A DNA stretch of 32,744 nucleotides from Chrysochromulina tobinii (lineage: Eukaryota), in the NCBI GenBank assembly GCA_001275005.1, contig JWZX01002791.1, positions 1 through 32,744 on the forward strand. The letters run 5' to 3'. Shown here piece after piece: positions 25,098 through 32,744 of the stretch. A program made the position numbers and the translations under genes. The notes under the pieces are model-generated. The model was not told where the DNA came from. It did not search any database and saw only the letters and a program-made list of their open reading frames with translations. Numbering within the stretch: position 1 is the stretch's first letter; each line of letters begins with the position of its first letter.

Positions 25098-26825
25098 TCA
25101 CCTTTCTCCGGCGGCGACCGAATCCTCGAGCTCCTTGTAACGAGCGACCAGGGCGTCGTCGTAAGCGGCCGCCGCCTCGGGCAGCGGCATCGCCACCACA
25201 CGCAGCTCCTCGGCGGAGGTGCCGGCACTCTCCGTGAGGAACTCCGCATAGGGCATTTCATGTGGCTCACGCTGCGCCGCGGCGAGGGCAAGCGCGTACG
25301 CGGCGCGGCGTGCGGCGCCAATGGCCGCAGCGTCCGGCGTGTCGGAGGCGAGCACAGGCGCTCCGAAGACGTCGGCCGCTATCTGCAGGATCGCCTTTGA
25401 TTGCGAGCCTCCGCCGGTAGCAAGGACGCGTCCGCCTTCACCGCTCAGGCCAATGGCGCCGCCGCGGGCGCGCATCGAGAGGAACCGCCCCTCAACCACC
25501 GCGCGGACTAGCTGCGGAGTGGATAGCGAGCTCTTCGGCACCAGCTTCCCTGTTCCATCGACGTACCACTCGCCGTTCCGGCTGATGATCGGTGTAATCT
25601 CGGGCAGGGGCAACGACAAGCCGAGCACGCCGTCATTGGCCGGTGGCGCACGGCGCAGGGCCTCGTCGAAGAGCCCCCAGTCGGCCTCGCATCGTTCGTC
25701 CCTCACCGCTTGACGCGCTGCGCCCCCATTCTTGTAGCAGAGCATTCCAAATATGGAAGCAGGGTCCGTCGGGTGGGCCATGATGTGGCCCTCTGTGGCA
25801 GGCGTGGCGGCGGCAGCGGCGGCGACGCCGAGGAGCGTGTCCGAGGTGCCGAGGGAGAGGGCCAGGTCGCCTGCGCGCGCGAGCCCAAGCCCCGCGATCG
25901 CACACGGGTTGTCACCGGAGGAGGCTGCAACCACACAACCCTCCCTCAGGCCGCTCGCCCGGGCCGCAAAAGGCGAGACTGTACCCACAATCGAGTGGCT
26001 GGGCACGGGCGGTCCGCCGAGGCGCTGCTCAAGCTCAGGCGGCATCACGCCGCATGTGAGCATACTCGGCGCCCACGTGCGCGTTCGGATATCCATCAGC
26101 AGCGTGCCGGAAGCGTCTGACGTGTCCACGGGCTGATGGCGGCCGGTCAGCAGCGCAGCACCCCACGAAGAGACGAGACTGACGCGCTCGGTGGCTGCCC
26201 ACGCGGCGGGCTGGCGCGTGCTGATGGCCGCGATCTGCGGGCCCGTGAAGCGCGCGTACGCGCGCGAGCCTGTCAGGCGCGCCACCGCGGCCGCACCCGA
26301 GGTGGAGCCTGCTTTGTGCGAAAAAGCGGCCTCGATCGCGTCGCACTCTGACTGCGTCGACGAGTCCGCCCAGATGGGGCAATCGGTCACGGCAAATGCG
26401 TCGGAGAGAGCGTCGGCAAAGCGGGCCGCGCTCGCGGGCGGTGACGACAGGGTTTCGAGCCCGGCCTGCGTCCAATACACGGAGCCGTGCTGTTGCCCTG
26501 AGCATGAGACCGCCGCCACGCGGCCGAGCAGCCCGGTGCCCTTGAGTTCGTCGAAGAGCGCATCAAGTGCCCGCAGCCACATGGTGACGGGGCTCGTGAC
26601 GACTCCGTCCTTGCCAACCGACATGCCAGCCTTGGTGCCGTACTCAGGGAAGGAGTTGTCGAAGTTGACCGACGTGGCTGGCCGCACGGGCTGCAGCCGA
26701 CTGTCGAGGAGCACGCCTGTGATCGACTGTGTGGAGAGGTCAAGACCCAGGTAGAGGCCGTCGGGTTTGGCGGGCGGCACCACGAGGCCCGTTGCGACGA
26801 TCAGGGCGACGGCCGCAAATAGCAT
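25098..26825 (-). CDS. XYLB: D-xylulose kinase (FGGY family, eukaryotic XYLB/XKS1 type)
   Basis: LYLGLDLSTQS, SGQQHGSVYW, PIWADSST, TGSRAYARFTGPQI, ERVSLVSS, SGDNP, SLGTSDT, LCYKNG, PEITP and ATGGGS; first ATG at 26825. Confidence 0.92.
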   Translation of the reverse strand: MLFAAVALIVATGLVVPPAKPDGLYLGLDLSTQSITGVLLDSRLQPVRPATSVNFDNSFPEYGTKAGMSVGKDGVVTSPVTMWLRALDALFDELKGTGLLGRVAAVSCSGQQHGSVYWTQAGLETLSSPPASAARFADALSDAFAVTDCPIWADSSTQSECDAIEAAFSHKAGSTSGAAAVARLTGSRAYARFTGPQIAAISTRQPAAWAATERVSLVSSWGAALLTGRHQPVDTSDASGTLLMDIRTRTWAPSMLTCGVMPPELEQRLGGPPVPSHSIVGTVSPFAARASGLREGCVVAASSGDNPCAIAGLGLARAGDLALSLGTSDTLLGVAAAAAATPATEGHIMAHPTDPASIFGMLCYKNGGAARQAVRDERCEADWGLFDEALRRAPPANDGVLGLSLPLPEITPIISRNGEWYVDGTGKLVPKSSLSTPQLVRAVVEGRFLSMRARGGAIGLSGEGGRVLATGGGSQSKAILQIAADVFGAPVLASDTPDAAAIGAARRAAYALALAAAQREPHEMPYAEFLTESAGTSAEELRVVAMPLPEAAAAYDDALVARYKELEDSVAAGER

Positions 26826-27039
26826 TGGGCGCACCCTTCGGATGGCGCGAGATCACCCCAACAAAAGTTGGCCCCAACGGAAAACATTCTTCGCCATGAA
26901 GGACGCACGAGGAACCTGTTTCCACCTGCCTCCTCTTTGCTTTTTTTTGCGACATCGTTTCGCGACTTTTAGTTTTCAAGTTTGGTCGCACTTTGGCGTC
27001 GGTCCTCTTCCTCAGACAGCAGACGGTCCTCTGGACAGG

Positions 27040-27846
27040 ATGATTTCCGAGTCGCTGGCCCACCAGATGGGGTTGAACACTGTGCAGAAGACGCGCAAGA
27101 TTGAGACGGCCGGCGCGCATGCCAAGAGCGACGGTGGCCAGTATGACCTCGCCAATGATGGCAAACCGACCATCAACAACGGCCTTGATGGCAGCAAGAT
27201 GCTCGATGAGTATGCGTCGACCGCATTTGCGGACGAGGAAGACCAGGAGGCCCTAGAGACGATCGCGCAGTTTTCGCCCGCACTGGCAAAGAAGATGCGC
27301 GAGATGCGCGCGTATGCCAGCCGCTACCACGTTGATCTCTATCGCGCCTTCAAGGAGGCTGGAGGCCGACTCACGCAGGACGGCGATGGCGCGCTCGCGA
27401 AGACCAAGTTCCGCGCAGCGTTGCTGGGCACATTCAACCGCATGCAGTTCTCCTCCGAGATCCTGGACGAAATCTTCATGCTCTATGGCACCGGCCCGCG
27501 TGATACGAGTGTCAAGCGCAACCTCGCAGCGCGTGTTGACTCTGCAGGCCGCGACGAGGGCATGCCCGGGCTCGGTCCACTCGGCTACCTCGACGTCAAG
27601 TGGATTCGCTTCGCCAACAGCGTGGGTGAGCACTACGACACCTATCCGCCCATCGACGGCGTCGGCAGCGACGGGCCAGCCCAGGTCGCTGGAGCTGTCA
27701 TCCTTCCCAACACAGGCAAGGCGGCGTCCTGGGATGAGACTGACGAGGACAACCTCTACATGCCCTCCGTGACCTCGTACGTGGCAGGCGCGCAGCAGGG
27801 TGGCCTCATGGGCGCCATTCAGCGCAAAAACGCGTTTGTGCGCTGA
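27040..27846 (+). CDS. hypothetical protein with a degenerate EF-hand-like pair
   Basis: Coding-like GC3 bias starts at ATG 27040; the upstream part of the ORF overlaps the XYLB start and T-rich intergenic DNA. DLYRAFKEA...DGDGALAKTKFRAAL...LDEIFMLYG...VKWIRFA resembles EF-hand helices. Confidence 0.65.
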   Translation: MISESLAHQMGLNTVQKTRKIETAGAHAKSDGGQYDLANDGKPTINNGLDGSKMLDEYASTAFADEEDQEALETIAQFSPALAKKMREMRAYASRYHVDLYRAFKEAGGRLTQDGDGALAKTKFRAALLGTFNRMQFSSEILDEIFMLYGTGPRDTSVKRNLAARVDSAGRDEGMPGLGPLGYLDVKWIRFANSVGEHYDTYPPIDGVGSDGPAQVAGAVILPNTGKAASWDETDEDNLYMPSVTSYVAGAQQGGLMGAIQRKNAFVR

Positions 27847-28619
27847 GCATCTGCTGAGCATGCGAACCGCGTCGAGCCTGGCAGGCGACAGCCCGCGGCA
27901 CGCCTCAGGCTCGTAGTGCTCGGCTGTGTTGCAGGAGGTGTTTAAGTGCGTGCCGTGAGTGTGAACCTGCGTCCCAACTGTTAGCGGCTGAGGTAACATG
28001 GTGCCTCCTCCAGGTCTGTGGAGGTCGAGAGAAAAAGGTATTCGGGTGCCCCCCCCCCAGCGCGGGCCCCCGCCCCACGCGCGCCAGCCCCACTCGTCCC
28101 GTCCGTGACGCCATTATGCCGGTGGGCCACGATGAAACCGAACTCTGCGAACACGCGACGAGGACAACAGGGTCCGCCTACAGCAATCAGCATACCTGTA
28201 CGCTGCAAGACCTGAGGGCGCGGAGTGACGCTCGAGACTCACAGTCGTCGAGTCGTGAGCGGTTGTGTTGACCTACGTAGGGTCCCTACGGCATAGAGAG
28301 TGGCGTGTTCAGATTCAGTGGCTTTCTGCCCTGGGCCTTTATTATGGTTGCGTCGGGAGGAACAGGGGCTCCACACGCTGCGTCTGAAGGGAGAGCGAAT
28401 TAACGTGAAGAACGTGAACGTGCACTCGCACATGGCGAAAGTGAAACGGCTGTCCGCACGCAGGAGGCGTTCAGTGGCGCGTCGCGGTCGTTCGGTTTTC
28501 GTGCACGTGGGCGGTCTGGTGCCGCGCCGCTGTTTGCGTGCGCGCGGGACGCAGCCCACGCTCGTGGTGGGTGAGTTCGTAGCTCCTGCAGCCGCAGGCG
28601 CGGAAGCTCCGCCGTTACG

Positions 28620-31600
28620 ATGGCGATGTTTCTACAACCATGGACACTGTCAAAAATGAAGACAAACGCCGCCGCTTTTGCCGAGCAAGCACGTGCAAAA
28701 GTCAGGCACCGTGCCCTTGCAAGACACCGAGACAAGATCGTGACGCAGGCCAAAAGCGCCGAAGACATTGATAAGATCAAATATCAAGACCAGGGCAACG
28801 AGGAGTTGAACACCGAAGAGGCGTTCGAAGCACGTGCAAAAATCAGGCACCATTCACTTGTCCTCGATGCACTCAACGAGTGGTGGGCCGTCGTTCAGAA
28901 GTCGGCTGTGGCGCAAGGCTATTCGGTGTCAGAAATGTGCCAGCAGCAGTACATGCAGATTTACCACCTCCTCTACTACGACCTGCTTGGTAAAGAAGAC
29001 TATGATGAGAAGGAAGCCGACTCTGAGGGCCTGGAGGAGTGGACGAAGGACTCGGGTGGAGCTGGCACCATGGAGCGGGGCGCGTTCCTGGACGCCTTAT
29101 TCGAGGTGTGCGATGTATACACTGAAACCATGAATCCCCAGGACTACAGCGACTGGTTGAGAGCACTGCTCCGAAGGCTGTTGGGGCCGAACGGGTGCTT
29201 CATGCTCGCACCCCCTGGTTACAAGTCCTGGGCTGATAGGAAGGCGGCGGAAGAGGAGGCTGCGAGGAAGAAGGCTGAGGGCAAGGACGGGAAGGGCAAA
29301 GGAGGCAAGGATGGGAAAGGAGGCAAGGATGGGAAAGGAGGCAAGAAGGGTGGGAAGAGCGGCAGCGGCAGCGGAGGCGGAGGCGGGTCGGGCAGCGGAG
29401 ACGGCTTGAGCGACGAGGAGCGCGCCAGGCGTGCGGCCATGACGCCAGAGGAGCTCGAGGCGTACCTGAAATTGCTGGCCGGCATGTCCAAAGAACAAAA
29501 GGATGCCTGGGGATCCATGACGGATGAACAGCGCAATAAGCAATGGATTGGTGAGTGGAAGTCCGGCGGAACGGACGCTGGCTGGAAGCGTACCTTGAGT
29601 GATTCCGGCGGGTACGACGATGATTATTACAAGAAGGACAAAAGGGATGGAGGAGCGTGGAAAGCGGGCGGCACGGACAAGGGCTGGAAATCATCTGGCG
29701 GCGATTCCGGCGGGTACGATGATGATTATTACAAGAAGGACAAAAGGGAAGGAGGAGCGTGGAAAGCGGGCGGCACGAACGACGGCTGGAAGGAGGGCAT
29801 CAAATACTTGAGCGACGGCCCTTACGACGATCGGCCATCATCCCGAGATCGACCGTCATCCAGAGATAATGATGTCGGTGGGCAATGGCGTGGCGGCGCG
29901 GGTAGCAAGGGCTGGAGCGAAGGCTTCAAATACGAAAGCGGCGGCCCTTACGAGGATCGACCGTCTTCCCGCGAGCGACCTTCATCCCGAGATAAAGATG
30001 CCAAAGATGTCGGGAAAGGGTGGGGCAGCGGGGGTAACAAAGGCAAGTCTGGCTGGGACGATGGCTTCAAATACCAAAGCGACGGCCCTTATGACGATCG
30101 ACCGGCATCCCGAGGAGAAAGACCGTCATCCAAGGATGGACGAGGAAAAACCCCGCCCCGAGAACAAACCCCGCCATCCGGTCCTTTCCAGTCGACCGGG
30201 ATTGAATCCGGCCCAAACCAGTACGCCAAGTCGCACAGGAGGTCGTCCGCCTTGCCCAGAGTTAATGGCGACACAGGCGACGTAGGCGAAACGCCACACG
30301 TGTATGGCGAAGCAGTGCGGGACCCCAAGAGACCTTGGCGAGACACGAGCCCCTCGAGCCCACGCACGGGAGGCATCAACTACATCGAGCCTTCTCAGTT
30401 AGATGCCTGGGGAACGCGACAGGGGAAAAGACCAGACGGGGACGAGCCACCCCAGCTACCGGATCTAGATCCTCCGGGAGTGCTCTCGTACGGCAAACGG
30501 CCGGGGAGTCCTGAGGAGGTTCATAGGCCGCCACACGTTTATGGTGACAGCATGCGGCATCCCCGTAGTGTTCGACGCGGACCGATCCGCGACACGCCTC
30601 GGCTCGTGAACCGGCAGCAGTCCATGCGGGAAGCCATTCGTGAGCTGGAGACTCGGCTCATCACCCGACAGGAGTCCTTGCGGCAAGCCGTCCGTGAGCT
30701 GGAGCGAAAAGGGCACGAAGCGCCGACAGCGGAGGACCTTGTCCGGGAAGTTCCCGAGTACGTGCCAGCGCGCGACATCCCACGCTACGTTGAGTATACG
30801 CGCCATCCTCGCAGTGAGAGCAGGTCGCCATCACCACCGCGTGGCGCCTCGCCAAAGCGTGATGCCTCGCCCGGGCAAAGCGTGCCCTCCCGTCGAGCTC
30901 GCGAGGCCCCATGGCGGCAATCCCCTCGCGAGACTGAGGTGCGTGCAGCCATCGCGGCTACGGCTCTTCCTGCCGAGCGGGCTCAGAGTGCATCTCAAAG
31001 AGGGCAAGGAGACGCTGCTGCATCTCGAGCCTCTACTCCTTCACGATCAGTCAGAGTCTACGACTCAAATGTGTCGAAGCCTTCAACTCCTCCACGCGCT
31101 AATCAGATGGTCAAGACCCCAGTCCTCCTGGATGGACCATCGGACCTGTCTGTATGGGCGGCGCCGGCTGCAGCGCCGGCGCAGGCGTCATCGTTTGACA
31201 AACGAGGGCACGCGCTGAGCTTAGGTGATGTGCCATTTGCAGCGCACAAAAATGCGACATACAAGACTCCGTCCCTGACGGTGCTGGGCGGTGGCTCTCC
31301 AATTAAGGCGCCGAGCTCAGATTTAGGTAGCGCGAAGCCAGGATTTCAGTTCGCCTGCTTACAACGTAAGTCACCGAAGTGGGGCTTGCTGCCACGGGCC
31401 GAGCTCGAGAAACGGGGTCTGACAGAGGAACCACCGCTCCCCCCTCCGGCGACCCTCTCTGCCGACGTGCCCTTCGGGCTTCTGTCGCCAGTTGCGACGC
31501 GGCCGCAAACGTCCTGGTCAATCAGGCCCTCTACAGTCGTGGATGCGAGAGACACTCAGGGCGTAATGGCTCTGGCTCGAGCGGCGGTGCACCTTGAACA

Positions 31601-31865
31601 GGAGATCCGCAAGGTTGGAACGCCCGTCCTGGTGACGGCAGGAGACGCCAGCAAGCGGACGAGCTCATATGCCACACTTGGGCTTCAGGTCAGAGCGCTT
31701 CCTCGTCCACAGTCGCAAGGCGACATGAAGACGTCGCCACGTTTCTCAGTGCTGCGCTCCCCGCGAGAGGTCTTTCACAAGCTGACAGGGTCTACGTCTT
31801 CTCCGGCCCTTCCACCCCGGATCTACGTGAAGAGATCGCAATCTCCTCCAAGATCTATGCCATGA
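28620..31865 (+). CDS. large protein with an EF-hand-like N-terminal domain, G/K/D/W/Y repeats and a disordered S/P/R-rich tail
   Basis: Uninterrupted 1081-codon ORF; EEWTKDSGGAGTMERGAFLDALFEVCDVYT is EF-hand-like. Start is 28620, 28626 or 28656. Confidence 0.75.
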   Translation: MAMFLQPWTLSKMKTNAAAFAEQARAKVRHRALARHRDKIVTQAKSAEDIDKIKYQDQGNEELNTEEAFEARAKIRHHSLVLDALNEWWAVVQKSAVAQGYSVSEMCQQQYMQIYHLLYYDLLGKEDYDEKEADSEGLEEWTKDSGGAGTMERGAFLDALFEVCDVYTETMNPQDYSDWLRALLRRLLGPNGCFMLAPPGYKSWADRKAAEEEAARKKAEGKDGKGKGGKDGKGGKDGKGGKKGGKSGSGSGGGGGSGSGDGLSDEERARRAAMTPEELEAYLKLLAGMSKEQKDAWGSMTDEQRNKQWIGEWKSGGTDAGWKRTLSDSGGYDDDYYKKDKRDGGAWKAGGTDKGWKSSGGDSGGYDDDYYKKDKREGGAWKAGGTNDGWKEGIKYLSDGPYDDRPSSRDRPSSRDNDVGGQWRGGAGSKGWSEGFKYESGGPYEDRPSSRERPSSRDKDAKDVGKGWGSGGNKGKSGWDDGFKYQSDGPYDDRPASRGERPSSKDGRGKTPPREQTPPSGPFQSTGIESGPNQYAKSHRRSSALPRVNGDTGDVGETPHVYGEAVRDPKRPWRDTSPSSPRTGGINYIEPSQLDAWGTRQGKRPDGDEPPQLPDLDPPGVLSYGKRPGSPEEVHRPPHVYGDSMRHPRSVRRGPIRDTPRLVNRQQSMREAIRELETRLITRQESLRQAVRELERKGHEAPTAEDLVREVPEYVPARDIPRYVEYTRHPRSESRSPSPPRGASPKRDASPGQSVPSRRAREAPWRQSPRETEVRAAIAATALPAERAQSASQRGQGDAAASRASTPSRSVRVYDSNVSKPSTPPRANQMVKTPVLLDGPSDLSVWAAPAAAPAQASSFDKRGHALSLGDVPFAAHKNATYKTPSLTVLGGGSPIKAPSSDLGSAKPGFQFACLQRKSPKWGLLPRAELEKRGLTEEPPLPPPATLSADVPFGLLSPVATRPQTSWSIRPSTVVDARDTQGVMALARAAVHLEQEIRKVGTPVLVTAGDASKRTSSYATLGLQVRALPRPQSQGDMKTSPRFSVLRSPREVFHKLTGSTSSPALPPRIYVKRSQSPPRSMP
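29280..30135 (+). repeat. coding repeats: GKGGKD (18 bp), 102-bp DSGGYDDDYYKKDKR...WKAGGT x2, GWxxGxKYxSxGPYxDRPxSR x3
   Basis: gattccggcgggtacga recurs at 29601 and 29703; GPY(D/E)DRP units near 29815, 29945 and 30085. Confidence 0.85.
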
Positions 31866-32473
31866 GGTGCACCATTCTGAGACCGTTCCGTATCTGTTGT
31901 TGTTCAGTACACAGCTGTACACTACGTCATGATACTGTGTCATGTACATGTACGAGAGTACGCCGGTAGTGCAGAATTACAGTAAAGCATAGCCTCGCTT
32001 TCGCGACCATAGACGAGTTGCTTGCCTTTCCACACAGCTCACAGCGCGCCTAGACCGCTATAGACGAGCGAGCGAGTACCATGGTCGGTCTAGACACTAC
32101 AGAGAGACAGTTACTTTTGGGTGCCCGAACGGTCCACGTCGCTGATGAAAGTGTCGAGGGGAAGTACATGTAACGGCGCAGATGAAGCGAGTGTGTACGT
32201 CGAGTGTGAAATTGGTCTGTGCGTGTTGAGAAAGGGTCAGTTGAATCGACACACAAGGTACCGACCAGCCACTACCACACGAAACACAGGACAGACGGGC
32301 GCTGTCACCGCGGTCGCGTCGCTCGGTGGACTAACACACCGGCGAGGATTTTCAAGGATCCGGCCCCCACCCCCCGTCCCAGCCACACTACATCTATCGG
32401 CCCCCGTGCCGGTAGTTCGTATAACTGTGCGTGTTGGTGTGTTGTGAATGAAATTGAGCGAGACCTCGAGAAG

Positions 32474-32744
32474 ATGGGTGACGACGCGGCCGAGGCCAAG
32501 GTGCCCGAGGCGAAGGCCGAGATCGTGGAGGACATCGAGGCGGTTCTCGCTGGCAAGAAGAAACCGCAGACAAAGGCGGAGAGACGGGCACTGCAGGAGC
32601 ATCAGCGTGCAGCCAAGGCTGCTGCTGGTGGCGGCGGAGGCGGAGGCGGAGGCGCGGCGGCGGCGGTGGAGGCAGTAAGGGTGGTGGCAGCGGCGGTGGC
32701 AGTGGTGGTGGCGGCGGCGGGGGTGGTGGTGGTGGTGGCGGCGG
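32474..32744 (+). CDS. EIF2B4: 3'-partial translation initiation factor eIF2B delta subunit (N-terminus)
   Basis: MGDDAAEAKVPEAKAEIVEDIEAVLAGKKKPQTKAERRALQEHQRAAKAA; TKAERRAxQExQRAAKAA is characteristic of eIF2B-delta N-termini. Not in the ORF track because it runs off the window. Confidence 0.65.
   Translation, partial: MGDDAAEAKVPEAKAEIVEDIEAVLAGKKKPQTKAERRALQEHQRAAKAAAGGGGGGGGGAAAAVEAVRVVAAAVAVVVAAAGVVVVVAA

Noticed and set aside
17126..26825. Carbohydrate-utilisation gene cluster (GtaA-like plus xylulose kinase)
   Set aside because: The genes are separated by unrelated genes, with no transporter or isomerase; no evidence of functional clustering.
26767..27039. N-terminal 91 aa of the 359-aa ORF
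   Set aside because: TTG start, overlaps the XYLB start on the other strand, and has T-rich non-coding composition.
27900..28600. Short ORFs or an RNA gene in this intergenic region
   Set aside because: No coding bias and no tRNA, snRNA or rRNA signature recognised.
342..31949. Numerous overlapping antisense and alternate-frame ORFs (e.g. 7250-8272, 5671-6501, 18725-19543, 20210-21007)
   Set aside because: Shadow ORFs expected from high GC and GC3 bias over real genes; Arg/Ala/Pro-rich with no motifs.

Overview
GC-rich, gene-dense, intron-poor eukaryotic DNA, not prokaryotic. GT-AG introns, signal-plus-transit plastid targeting and this LRR family suggest a haptophyte alga, possibly Chrysochromulina-like (inference). 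About 13 protein-coding genes in order: a 5'-partial proline-rich/EGF/GPS-like polycystin-1-like membrane protein; a hypothetical protein; a two-exon Skp1-like/F-box/LRR fusion gene with a decayed LRR paralog fragment just downstream; a PIF1 helicase with a duplicated N-terminus and an RRM-like insertion; a secreted GtaA/DUF4965-family protein with a PAN insertion; a VIR3-like M41 protease; a 72-aa candidate selenoprotein; a GNAT; a lipocalin; a xylulose kinase; two EF-hand-like proteins; and the 5' end of eIF2B-delta. The two strongest novelties are (1) the tiny ORF with an in-frame TGA at codon 4 plus a SECIS-like 3' hairpin, missed by the ORF track, and (2) the single-chain Skp1-F-box-LRR protein with hypervariable repeats and nearby relics of paralogs. 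All family calls come from motif recognition by eye; no searches were run.
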